64,000 bases of DNA from an uncultured Holophaga sp. (GTDB taxonomy: Bacteria; Acidobacteriota; Holophagae; Holophagales; Holophagaceae): the NCBI GenBank assembly GCA_963664825.1, contig OY761614.1, positions 1,888,001 to 1,952,000 on the forward strand. The letters run 5' to 3'. The first letter of the stretch is position 1; each line of letters starts with the position of its first letter. Made by a program: the position numbers and the translations under genes. A model generated the notes under the pieces. It was not told the DNA's origin and ran no database searches. It saw nothing but the letters and a program-made list of their open reading frames with translations. Below, piece after piece: positions 18,849 through 28,219 of the stretch.

Positions 18849-20178
18849 GGTTCTTCGCGGATTTGCGTGAAGTAGGTCGGCAGTGGCGGATTTCAGGCAT
18901 CTTGGGTTTGTCGAGAACTCGAGATGAAGGAGGCCGCCACTGCCTACCAAAGAGCTTATGTCCCGCTTGGGCGGGTGGAAAGGGCAACGCGTCGGAATCG
19001 TGGAGCGCTTCGAAGCCGGGGTGAAGGGGCCGCGGGCCGAGGTGTGGATCGAGTTGCTTGGGTTCGGCGATCATCCCCGGAAGTGCAGCGGTTGTGGGCA
19101 TTTCGTGCGGAGCGTCCACGACTGGTCAGAGCGGGAGATCCGCGACCTTCCGCTGTTCGACGCCGACACAGTCCTAGTGGTGTGGCGGGCTCGAGTAGCC
19201 TGCCCCCGGTGCGGCCCGAAGCTGGAAGCCCTGGACTGGTTGGAGCCCCATGCCCGGATCACGAACCGGCTTGCCGCGAGCGTGGCGCGGCTTTGCAAGG
19301 TCATGCCCATCAAACAGGTCGCGGAGCACTATGACCTGCACTGGGGCACGGTGAAGGCGATCGACAAGGCTTACCTGGACCGAGAACTTGGGCCCGTGAA
19401 GCTGAGCAAGGCGAGGCTTCTTCTGATGGACGAATTCGCCATCCACAAGGGACAGAGCTATGCCACGGTCATCACGGATGCGGAAACGCGTCGCGTGCTC
19501 TGGGTCGGGAAAGGGCGTGGCCGCGAGGACATCCGCCCGTTCTTCGATCTGATCGGGAAGAAGGGCTGCAAACGGATCCAGGCCGTGGGCATAGACATGT
19601 CGGCGGCCTTCGAAGGCGAAGTCCGGGCGCGCTGTCCCAACGCCGAGATCGTCTACGACCAGTTTCATGTCGTGGCAAAGTACGGCCATGACGTCATCGA
19701 CCGGATCCGGGTGGATGAGGCCAATCGATACCGGCACGACAAGGCCTCGCGGGAGCTCGTCAAGGGCGCGAAGTGGCTCCTGCTGGGCAATTGGGAGAAC
19801 CTGCCGAATCGGGATGCCAAAGTCCGCCTCAACGAGTTATTGGACGCGAACCAGCCTCTGATGACCGCCTACGTGCTGAAAGACGCCCTGAAGGCACTGT
19901 GGCGCTACACGCGGGAGGGCTGGGCTCTGAAGGCCTGGGAGAACTGGATGGAACTCGCCACCTCAAGTGGACTCCAGCCCCTCGTGAAGTTCGCCAAGAA
20001 TCTCGCCCAGCGGATCGACGGAATCCTCTCCCATTGCCGCTGGCCGCTCAATACCAGCGTCCAGGAAGGGATCAACAACAAGATCAAAGTCCTCAAGCGC
20101 ATCGCCTACGGCTACCGGGATGAGGGCTACTTCTTCCTTAAGATCCGTGCGGCCTTCCCCGGAAAAACGTGAAGAACC
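18849..20178 (+). mobile_element. ISL3-family insertion sequence, 1330 bp
   Basis: Terminal IRs GGTTCTTCGCG.. / ..CGTGAAGAACC; 8-bp direct repeat ATTTAAAA at 18841-18848 and 20179-20186. Confidence 0.95.
18958..20172 (+). CDS. ISL3 transposase
   Basis: Zn-ribbon CSGC..CPRC, MDEFA, IDMS, YDQFHV, EGINNKIKVLKR.AYGYR. Confidence 0.96.
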   Translation: MSRLGGWKGQRVGIVERFEAGVKGPRAEVWIELLGFGDHPRKCSGCGHFVRSVHDWSEREIRDLPLFDADTVLVVWRARVACPRCGPKLEALDWLEPHARITNRLAASVARLCKVMPIKQVAEHYDLHWGTVKAIDKAYLDRELGPVKLSKARLLLMDEFAIHKGQSYATVITDAETRRVLWVGKGRGREDIRPFFDLIGKKGCKRIQAVGIDMSAAFEGEVRARCPNAEIVYDQFHVVAKYGHDVIDRIRVDEANRYRHDKASRELVKGAKWLLLGNWENLPNRDAKVRLNELLDANQPLMTAYVLKDALKALWRYTREGWALKAWENWMELATSSGLQPLVKFAKNLAQRIDGILSHCRWPLNTSVQEGINNKIKVLKRIAYGYRDEGYFFLKIRAAFPGKT

Positions 20179-20197
20179 ATTTAAAAGCATGAAAGTG

Positions 20198-20289
20198 CAC
20201 CACGGAGACACGAAGGACACAGAGAGAGGCCTGAAAGAGCCGCGCGCTTCTTGACTGCTTTTCTCCGTGAACTCAGTGCTTCCGTGGTG
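20198..20289. repeat. Periodic palindromic repeat (CACCACGGAG..TTCCGTGGTG)
   Basis: Imperfect inverted repeat of ~9-nt CAC(A/G)GAG units; relatives at 28721, 30922, 45338, 57528. Confidence 0.75.
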
Positions 20290-20317
20290 AATCTTTTTTT
20301 TGAACGCGAAACCCTCT

Positions 20318-22834
20318 TCAGGGCTTGGCTGCGGCCTTGGGGGGAACCCCCTGGAGCCTCACCACCAGATCGGGCCATCCGTAGAGTTTCAAGTACAGGA
20401 TCCCATGGCCATCGGGGGGGGCTACCGGGGCGATCTGCCTGCCCTCATGGAAGCCGATCTTCAAAGGTAGCCAGGGGCCCGCGGGGGAGGAGGCGCTTGC
20501 CTCCAGGCAGTCCAGGGCCCCTTCGGCCACCCAGCCCTCACCCTCCTGGCGCAGGCTCAGGATGGTGGGCAGTTCCAGGAAGAGGGCGGGCACAGGCGTC
20601 CAGGCGCTGGCGCCGACGCCCTCGTCCTGGATCTGGATCTCCAGGCGGCCACTGGCGCGGGTGCCGAGGGCTTCCGAGGCCTTGAAATTCGCGAGCAGGC
20701 GCTGGCCGCGCCCCGTCAGGCGCACGGCCGCTGCGGGCAGGGGCACGGCGGCCCCCGGGTCATCGGCGTTCCGCAGCAGCACCTTGGGGCCTCGTCCCAG
20801 GGGGTAGCGCCCCTTGTGCCCGGAGATGGTAGAGACCATCACCGGGGAGGTGGTGGAGACCAGCAGCGTATCAAAGCTCAAGGGGAGGCCCTGGGGGGGC
20901 GCCTGGGGGATCACCTCCAGGGACTGGAGGACGGGACGGGGGGGCAGCAGGCTGGCGCCCTTCACGGGGATCGTGCGTCCATCGGAGAGCTTGAGGGTGC
21001 CCTCCAAGGGGATGCCGGGTTCGCCTTCGAGGGTGCCCTTGGCGGCGGTGAAGAGGCTCCCCTCCGGGGTCTCCCGGGTCCACAGGAAGGTCTGCTCGCC
21101 CAGGAGGAGTGTCTTGGCGCTCCGGAGATTGCGTCCCGAGAGGAGCAGGGAATTCTCTCCCTGGTGGGCCCGGAGGCCGTCCACGGCGGGCAGGGGGTAC
21201 TGGAGCAGGATGGGGACGGAGATGACGGCCGGGAGCTGGTCATTCACGAAGACTTCCAGGAAGCCCGGCCCGGCTTCGGTCTGGAGACTGGAGAACTGGA
21301 TCGTGCAGCCTCCCTCCGGGCCCATCTTGAGGGTGGCCGGGACCGCAGGCCTGCCGCTTCCGCTGGGGCGGAACTGGGCCTTGGCGGCGGCCCGTCCCCA
21401 GGGTGCGGGAAGGGCGAAGGTGCAGGCCTGGTCCTCCATAAAGTGGTCGAGTTCTGTGCGGGAGGGTTTCCAGGTGCCATCCAGGCCCGTGATGCAGGCT
21501 CGCGGGTTTGTCGTTATCGTCTGGAAGCCCCAGCGCCCTTCGATGTGGGCCTGCACATTCAGGAGGCCCTTCTGCTGGAGCTTCTGGAGGGCGGGGCCGG
21601 GTTCGATGACGAAGGCCTGCTGGGTAGGGTTGGGGGTCAGGGGCAGGGGCTCCAGCGCCACGCCTGCGGGGCCCTTTAGGACCAGATGCCAGTCGTGGCC
21701 GAAGATCGCCAGGGGGGAATTGCTCTTGGGGCTGGGCTGGAGCTTGAGCTGCGTGTAGGGCCGCAGGATGCATTCCGAGGGGCCCAGCTCGAACTGGAAT
21801 TCGGGAGTCTCCGCATCGTTCCAGCGGCAGGGGCTGAACACCAGAGCCCCCCGGACATCCCCGGTGGTCTTGATCCAGTCGTCGTAGTAGAGCTGGGCCT
21901 TGAAGCCATCGAAATCCCGGGCCAGGGCCGGCACGTACTGGAATTTGTGGCCCGGCCACAGGTTCTGGAAGATCTGCATCAGATCGAAGGCGATGGCCAC
22001 GTACAGGGAACCGGCGTGGATATCCCCGCTGAGGGTCGAGCCCTCCACCTTCACCGTGCGGTCCGAGGCGTCCGGCGTGGGCACCAGCAGGTTGGTGCGC
22101 TTGAACTCGGAAACCAGGAACTGGAATCGCGCCAGGTTGGAACCGCTGCCCCGGCTGAGGAAGGCCTGGAGATCCTGGGAGACCTGGCCGCCGTATCCCT
22201 TGAGGAAATTGAAGACGGCATGGTCGTAGGAGGCCGCCGATTGGTCCTGGCGGATGGATTCCAGGCCCTTCAGGAAGCGGTCCGCGTAGGCCCGCTGTTC
22301 GGCCAGGTCGCTGAGCTTCAGGCAGATATTGCGGAAGTCCGCCAGGTGGGCGTTCAGGTCCGTGAGGATCTTGCGACGCCCTCCAGAATCCGGGAGCAGG
22401 AAGATCATGGGAATGGAATCGTAGGGCACCGATACCTGGGGCGCGACCATGCCTTGGGGCGTCCTGGATAGGGTTAGGCTCACCACCCCCTTTTCCGTGG
22501 GGGCCACGGTTCGGGGCAGGAAGACCACCACCAGGGTCCAGTCCGCCTGGGTCACCCGGGGGTCGAAGGCCTCCCCGGAGAAGGTGAAGGCGAGGCGGTC
22601 CTGATAGCGCAGCACGGGGGCCTGGAAGAGGGGGAGGGATTCGTTCTTGCGCAGGACCTTGGCCGAGATGGTGATGGGGCCCTTCTGGAAGGCCTCCGTC
22701 AGGGAGGCTTTCGCGGGCTCGGCGGCCTCCTCCGGGGCCTTAGGCGGGGCCTCCGCCAGGCTCGCCCGTTCCGAACCGAACGCCAGGGTCATGACCAGGG
22801 GCATTGCGAGGGACGCGGGACGGGGAAATCGCAT
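20318..22834 (-). CDS. Large hypothetical exported protein (~840 aa)
   Basis: Long ORF with host-like codon bias and signal-peptide-like N-terminus; no recognised family. Confidence 0.75.
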   Translation of the reverse strand: MRFPRPASLAMPLVMTLAFGSERASLAEAPPKAPEEAAEPAKASLTEAFQKGPITISAKVLRKNESLPLFQAPVLRYQDRLAFTFSGEAFDPRVTQADWTLVVVFLPRTVAPTEKGVVSLTLSRTPQGMVAPQVSVPYDSIPMIFLLPDSGGRRKILTDLNAHLADFRNICLKLSDLAEQRAYADRFLKGLESIRQDQSAASYDHAVFNFLKGYGGQVSQDLQAFLSRGSGSNLARFQFLVSEFKRTNLLVPTPDASDRTVKVEGSTLSGDIHAGSLYVAIAFDLMQIFQNLWPGHKFQYVPALARDFDGFKAQLYYDDWIKTTGDVRGALVFSPCRWNDAETPEFQFELGPSECILRPYTQLKLQPSPKSNSPLAIFGHDWHLVLKGPAGVALEPLPLTPNPTQQAFVIEPGPALQKLQQKGLLNVQAHIEGRWGFQTITTNPRACITGLDGTWKPSRTELDHFMEDQACTFALPAPWGRAAAKAQFRPSGSGRPAVPATLKMGPEGGCTIQFSSLQTEAGPGFLEVFVNDQLPAVISVPILLQYPLPAVDGLRAHQGENSLLLSGRNLRSAKTLLLGEQTFLWTRETPEGSLFTAAKGTLEGEPGIPLEGTLKLSDGRTIPVKGASLLPPRPVLQSLEVIPQAPPQGLPLSFDTLLVSTTSPVMVSTISGHKGRYPLGRGPKVLLRNADDPGAAVPLPAAAVRLTGRGQRLLANFKASEALGTRASGRLEIQIQDEGVGASAWTPVPALFLELPTILSLRQEGEGWVAEGALDCLEASASSPAGPWLPLKIGFHEGRQIAPVAPPDGHGILYLKLYGWPDLVVRLQGVPPKAAAKP

Positions 22835-22912
22835 GGATGACACCCACTGAAACAGGGATCCGGGGGCCGGCTCCTCCGTGATTCTACGCTCAGGAAAAGG
22901 GCCGGAAGGCCA

Positions 22913-23299
22913 GAGGTCTCAGGAACTGAACCATGGACACCGGTGAGAACCCATAGAACCAGTGATAACCGGTGAGGACAGTGAGATCCGGTGGAGCTCC
23001 CATGAGCCAAGACGCTCGTATTCCCATCCTGAAGCCGCTCTCAAAGCTGTATTAGCCGGGGATTCCCGGGGATGGACGAGGATCAAAGCAAGCCAGGAAT
23101 CCGTGAGATTGGATCCCGAACCTTCATCCCCGCAGATCCCCGTCTATCCCCGGCTCAACTCCCCACCCGGCAGCGACGCGGTGCTGGATTTGAACATTGA
23201 TGAACGCCGATTCACGCCGATGGGGCGCGGCCTGCGGATCTTCATCCACGTTCATCTGCGTGCATCAGAGTCGGATTCTTTTTGCAGTGAACCGGCCGC
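22913..23299. repeat. Dispersed non-coding repeat modules B (22913-22985) and A (23070-23299)
   Basis: Closely similar to 57915-57986 and 57623-57859 respectively. Confidence 0.88.
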
Positions 23300-23551
23300 G
23301 ATCCTGGCCTCCCAGTCCCAGGACACCTGCATCCCTGTTCAAAATGTTTTTTCCCTAGATGCGACGGCGCTCTTCATGAGGTCCAGAAAGGAAGGGGGGG
23401 ATTCGTTCTTGCGCAGGACCTTGGCCGAGAGGGTGATGGGGCCTGAAGGCCGTGGGCGCGGAATTGAATGTTTCCTACAACCCGGCGCGCTGGTAGGCTG
23501 GAAGGCTCCTGAGCGCGTTCGCGCCAACGCATTTTTCTTGTCGGATCTTGC

Positions 23552-26281
23552 ATGTCACCTCGCCTTTCCCTCGTTTCCCTTTTGCTGGTCGCCTCCCTTT
23601 CCGCCCAGGAGACCCAGGACCCGAATCTGCTCAATGCCCTGAAGAATGCTGGTCAGCAGGGCAATGTGCCCAATCAGGCCGGGGACGCGCTTCCCAAGGC
23701 TCCCGGTGCGGCTTTCCAGCCGGATGCGGTTCCGACGCGCCAGGAGGAGACCGAAGCCGATCGCCTCGACCGGGAGATCCGCGCCCGCAAGGCCAAGGAA
23801 CGGGGGCCCCTGCGCTTCGCCGCCGATCTCTTCGAGGTGCGTCAGCGGGGCACGGGAGCCACAGAGGGAGGCATCTCCGAGGACTATGTGCTGGGCACGG
23901 GGGACCGCCTGGCCCTCAGCGCCTTCGGAAGCGCCAGTTTCGAGCTGCCCCTCCAGGTGGATGGCCGGGGGGATGTGGTCATCCCCAAGGTCGGCCTCGT
24001 CAAGGTGGGGGGCCTCACCCTGGGGAAGGCTAGGGGCGCCGTCCAGGGCCTGGTGAGCCGCAATTTCTCGGCCACCACCGTCGATCTCACCGTCACCAAA
24101 CTGCGGGAGGTGCGGGTCTTCGTTTTGGGGGAGGTCTACAAGTCCGGTTCCTACCTGGTGCCCAGCCTCAGCAGCCTGGTGAATGTGCTGGGCCTGGCCG
24201 GTGGCCCCACTCCCAGCGGCAGCTTCCGTCAGATCCGCGTGATGCGGGGGGGGCGCCTCCTCCATACGCTGGATCTCTATCCCCTCCGGGCCGAGGGCCT
24301 CGGGAACATGAACTTCTCCCTCCAGAATGGGGACACCCTCTTCGTGCCCCTGGTGGCCAATCAGGTGCTCTTGGAGGGAGCCTTCCAGAGAGTCGTCGCG
24401 GCTGCAGCGGCCCTTCCCCCCAAGGATGGAGTCTTCGAGCAGGATTCCGAGCAGGAGGCCCTCCGGAATCGGATTCGCCAGGAAGAGGCCCGTCTGGAAT
24501 ATTCCCGTTCCGGACAGAACAGCACCAAGACTCTTGCCCTTACACCCGATGCCTTGCGTCAGGAACAGGAGGCCGGACCCCTTTCGCCGGAGGAAAGGAC
24601 CGAGACTGAACTGCGGATCCGGATGCTGAAGGACAAATTGAAGTCCCTGGCCGAGCGCAAGCGGGGAGACCAACGTCTGAGCCCCGAGGAAGCCTTGAAC
24701 GGCCATTCGGATAATGCGGGGCAGCCTTCTTGGCTCAGGACCTGGCAGGCCGAGGGCAAGGCTCCCCAGATGCAGTTCGAGATGCTGCCCGGGGAGACCG
24801 CCGCCGCCGCCCTGCGCTTCGCGGGAGGATTTGCCCTCCAGGCTTTTTCCGAAAGCTTGAATCTCCGCCGCCTGGACGCCAAGGGCGCCATGGACGCCCA
24901 GGATCTCCCCCTGGCCTCCCTCGACCGCACGCCCCTGCAGCGGGGGGATATTCTTTCGGCCCTGCCTCGCCGGGATCACCAGGAGCGCGTGGTGGAAGTC
25001 CGCGGCTGGACCCGGGTGCCGGGGCTCTTCGCTCGCACGGAGGGCTTGAAGGTGGGGGATCTCCTCGGCCGGGATAGCCAGGTGCTCCCCGATACCTACT
25101 TGGGTCGGGGCGAGATCACCCGCACCCTTGCGGATGGCAGCACCCACTTCCTGTCTTTTGATGTGGCCCGGGCCCTGAAGGGGGATCCCGGTCACAACGT
25201 CTCCCTGGAAAACCGGGACCGCGTCGAGCTCTATCGCGTAGACGATCTGCGGCTTCCCAAGCACCTCACGGTGCTGGGGGCCGTCACGAGGCCGGGCACC
25301 TTTGCCTGGCACGAGGGCATGCGCGCGGCCGATCTGCTCTTCCGGGCTGGCGTGCCCCTTCGGGAGGCGGATCGCTTCATCGCCGAACTGGCCCACGCCC
25401 GGGATGGCAAGCCCAGCGAGGTGAGGCGGCTGGATCTCACGAGGCTCCTCTCCACGGAACAGGGCAGTCCCGTGGACCTGAAGGATGAGGCCCTCAATCC
25501 GCTCCTGGAACCCTTCGATCAGCTGAGTATCTACGCGAGACCCGATTACCGGGCCCATCGGACCGTGAAGCTCTCCGGCCAGGTGGTGCGTCCGGGGTCC
25601 TACGTGTTTGACACCGAGCACCCCCATCTCCGGGATCTCCTGGCCCGGGCCGGGGGATTGACTCCCAACGCCATGCCCCAGGCCGGGATCTTCCTGAGGG
25701 CCTTCGCCCAGCAGGACCCCGAGAAGATGCGGGCGGCTCTGGAAAGTGGGTTGGAGGCCCAGGATCCCACGGCCCAGGGCGTCAATAGCATCCTGGAGCG
25801 CCTCTCGGAGACCAAGCGCCAGCCCACCACGGGCCTGCTCCAGAAGAACCCCCTTCTCCACAAGCTGGAGACCGGCAGCCTCAATCGCCTGGTGGTCAAT
25901 CTTCCGGCAGTGCTGGCCGGGGACCGGGAGGTGGATGTGGAACTCCAGGATGGGGACGAGATCATCATCCCCCGCAAGACCGATGCCGCCTACGTGGTGG
26001 GGGAGACGGCCAGCCCCTTCGCCGTCTACAAGGTCAAGAATGGGATGACCGTGAAGGAAATCCTGGTGCTCGCTGGCGGCACCACCCGCAATGCCGACAC
26101 CTGGAATATCCGCCTGCTCAAGGCCGATGGCCGGATCCAGGATTCCTGGGTCTCCTGGCGCAAGGTCGAACCTGGCGATACCGTGCTCGTGCCCCAGCGC
26201 ATCCGCAGGGACACCACCTGGCAGGAGAACCTGACGGCCCTGACGCCTCTGGCCATCCTGATCAATACGCTGAGGAACTGA
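23552..26281 (+). CDS. Multi-SLBB polysaccharide export protein (Wza/KpsD-like)
   Basis: DYVLGTGD Poly_export motif, repeated GEV..PG / AGG / L..GD SLBB units, C-terminal VEPGDTVLVP. Confidence 0.9.
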   Translation: MSPRLSLVSLLLVASLSAQETQDPNLLNALKNAGQQGNVPNQAGDALPKAPGAAFQPDAVPTRQEETEADRLDREIRARKAKERGPLRFAADLFEVRQRGTGATEGGISEDYVLGTGDRLALSAFGSASFELPLQVDGRGDVVIPKVGLVKVGGLTLGKARGAVQGLVSRNFSATTVDLTVTKLREVRVFVLGEVYKSGSYLVPSLSSLVNVLGLAGGPTPSGSFRQIRVMRGGRLLHTLDLYPLRAEGLGNMNFSLQNGDTLFVPLVANQVLLEGAFQRVVAAAAALPPKDGVFEQDSEQEALRNRIRQEEARLEYSRSGQNSTKTLALTPDALRQEQEAGPLSPEERTETELRIRMLKDKLKSLAERKRGDQRLSPEEALNGHSDNAGQPSWLRTWQAEGKAPQMQFEMLPGETAAAALRFAGGFALQAFSESLNLRRLDAKGAMDAQDLPLASLDRTPLQRGDILSALPRRDHQERVVEVRGWTRVPGLFARTEGLKVGDLLGRDSQVLPDTYLGRGEITRTLADGSTHFLSFDVARALKGDPGHNVSLENRDRVELYRVDDLRLPKHLTVLGAVTRPGTFAWHEGMRAADLLFRAGVPLREADRFIAELAHARDGKPSEVRRLDLTRLLSTEQGSPVDLKDEALNPLLEPFDQLSIYARPDYRAHRTVKLSGQVVRPGSYVFDTEHPHLRDLLARAGGLTPNAMPQAGIFLRAFAQQDPEKMRAALESGLEAQDPTAQGVNSILERLSETKRQPTTGLLQKNPLLHKLETGSLNRLVVNLPAVLAGDREVDVELQDGDEIIIPRKTDAAYVVGETASPFAVYKVKNGMTVKEILVLAGGTTRNADTWNIRLLKADGRIQDSWVSWRKVEPGDTVLVPQRIRRDTTWQENLTALTPLAILINTLRN

Positions 26282-27258
26282 TGGAAAAGGGAATCCGGGA
26301 AATCCTCATCGGCCTCAAGCGCCCGCTCCAGATCGGCTTCGGTGCGGCCCTCCTGACGGCCCTCATCACCCTCTTCATGCCCAATTACTACCGTTCCGAG
26401 GCGCGGATCCTGCCGGTGGAAACAAAAAACCTTGGCAGCGGCCTCGGCAACCTGGCGGCGGCCGCCGCGGCCTTCGGTGTGGGCGTTCCGAGCGCGGACG
26501 GGGGCGACGCCAATTTCGTCGATATCCTGAGCAGTCGCTGGATGCGGGAAGCCCTCCTGAAGACCCCATTCACCTTCAAGGCGCGGTCCTGGCGCTTCGG
26601 CGCGGAAAAGGCGCGGACCCAGACCCTCTCTGATTACTTGAAGATCAAGAACCTGGACAGGGGCGTCAAGGAAGTGGGGGCCCTGATATCGGCCTCCCGG
26701 GATCTCAAGTCCAAGGTCCTGACCCTCAGCGTGGAGACGCCTGCGCCGGAGCTCTCCCAGCAGGTGGCCCAGCGCACCACGAAGCTCCTGGAGACCTTCG
26801 TCCAGGAAAAGGGCCGCACCCGGGGGGGCTACAAGGCCGCCTTCGCCGAGGCGAGGCTCAAGGAGGCTCGGGACGAGATGGCCCTGGCCGAAGACGAATT
26901 CCGGCGCTTCCTGGATGGCAACCGGAACTATCTCGCCAGTGCCGATCCCTCGGTGCGCATCCGCGGCGCCCGGCTGGAAGCCGAGCTCAAGCTCCGCCAG
27001 CAGCTCGTGATGACCCTCGCCATGAACCGCGAACAGGCGCTCATGGAAGAGAAGAACGATATCCCCATCCTCAACGTGCTGGACCCGGGGAATCTGCCCA
27101 TCGATAAGAGCCGTCCGGCACGCTCCATCATCGTCCTCCTCGCCTTCTTCCTGGTTTCCGCCGGGTCCTGGGCCTGGCTGAACAGGGAATGGATCCGCGA
27201 GCGGCTGCTGGACGCGGAGGACGAAAAGACCGTTACGCCTGAAACGGAGAAAATATGA
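26281..27258 (+). CDS. Wzz-like polysaccharide chain-length regulator
   Basis: Two TM segments flanking a coiled coil; P..Y.SEA.ILP and VLDP..P..KS.P.R motifs. Confidence 0.85.
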   Translation: MEKGIREILIGLKRPLQIGFGAALLTALITLFMPNYYRSEARILPVETKNLGSGLGNLAAAAAAFGVGVPSADGGDANFVDILSSRWMREALLKTPFTFKARSWRFGAEKARTQTLSDYLKIKNLDRGVKEVGALISASRDLKSKVLTLSVETPAPELSQQVAQRTTKLLETFVQEKGRTRGGYKAAFAEARLKEARDEMALAEDEFRRFLDGNRNYLASADPSVRIRGARLEAELKLRQQLVMTLAMNREQALMEEKNDIPILNVLDPGNLPIDKSRPARSIIVLLAFFLVSAGSWAWLNREWIRERLLDAEDEKTVTPETEKI

Positions 27259-27479
27259 GCATGAAACAGGGAGGCTCCGCCTTCGCGAGATGCGAGGGGG
27301 AACCCGGCCCGGGGGGCCGGGTGTTAGGCGGAGGGAGCGCCACTTCGCGCAGCGAAGCCCCGCAGGGGATGCAACGCATGCGTTGCATCACAGGAGGGAG
27401 CATGAGCACGAAGCAGGAGCGGAGTGCCACTTCGCGCAGCGAAGCCCCGCAGGGGTGCTGCACAGGAGGTGCAGCATGA
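27255..27479 (+). repeat. Tandem coupling-cassette array forming a 74-aa bridging ORF between wzz and rmlA
   Basis: GCCACTTCGCGCAGCGAAGCCCCGCAGGGG occurs twice; ATGA overlaps at both ends; last unit 27402-27479 homologous to 9459-9536. Confidence 0.8.
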
Positions 27480-28219
27480 AAGGTGTTGTTCTAGCGGGTG
27501 GGACGGGTTCCCGCCTCTTCCCCCTCACGAAGGTGACGAACAAGCATCTGCTGCCGGTGGGCTATGCGCCCATGATCTGGCATCCCGTGTGGAAGCTGAA
27601 AGAAGCTGGCGCCGAGGAAATCCTCATCGTCACCGGCACCGAGCACATGGGGGCCGTGGTGCAGTGCCTGGGGTCCGGCAAGGACTTCGGATGCCGCTTC
27701 ACCTACAAGGTCCAGGACGAGGCCGGCGGCATCGCCCAGGCCCTGGCCCTGGGGGAGAATTTCGCAGGGGGGGATTCCCTTTGCGTCATCCTGGGGGATA
27801 ACGTCTTCCAGGACAGTCTGGTGAACGAATTCCAGGCCTTCGAGCGCCAGGGCGCCGGCGCCCGCATCCTGCTCAAGCCCGTCTCCGATCCCCACCGCTT
27901 CGGCGTCGCCGAAGTCGTAGGCGATAAGGTGGTGGGCATCGAGGAGAAGCCCAAGGCTCCCAAGTCCAATCTCTCGGTGACGGGCATCTACTTCTACGAC
28001 TCCCAGGTCTTCGATATCATCCGCCGCCAGAAGCCCTCGGGCCGAGGCGAAATGGAGATCACGGATGTGAACAACGCCTATATCGAGAAGGGCCAGATGA
28101 GCTTCGGCACCTTCCAGGGCTGGTGGTCCGACGCGGGCACCTACCCCAGCCTATCCAAGGCTAATGAACTCGCCCTCGGGGAGGCCATGCCCTTCCCGGA
28201 TATCCCGAGGAAGATCTGA
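27476..28219 (+). CDS. rfbA: Glucose-1-phosphate thymidylyltransferase (short form)
   Basis: MKGVVLAGGTGSRLFPLT, KHLLPV, LGDN, EKP, RGEMEITD, W.DAGT. Confidence 0.93.
   Translation: MKGVVLAGGTGSRLFPLTKVTNKHLLPVGYAPMIWHPVWKLKEAGAEEILIVTGTEHMGAVVQCLGSGKDFGCRFTYKVQDEAGGIAQALALGENFAGGDSLCVILGDNVFQDSLVNEFQAFERQGAGARILLKPVSDPHRFGVAEVVGDKVVGIEEKPKAPKSNLSVTGIYFYDSQVFDIIRRQKPSGRGEMEITDVNNAYIEKGQMSFGTFQGWWSDAGTYPSLSKANELALGEAMPFPDIPRKI

Noticed and set aside
13011..20512. tRNA-Phe as the integration site of an island
   Set aside because: No integrase; the only echo of the tRNA 3' end is 11 nt (GCCTCCAGGCA near 20499) inside a CDS, consistent with chance
23483..23520. JUMPstart/ops-like element before the polysaccharide operon (CTGGTAGGCTG)
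   Set aside because: Lacks the GGCGGTAG core; similarity too weak
27255..27479. Possible CRISPR array (30-nt direct repeat)
   Set aside because: Only two units, no regular unique spacers and no cas genes
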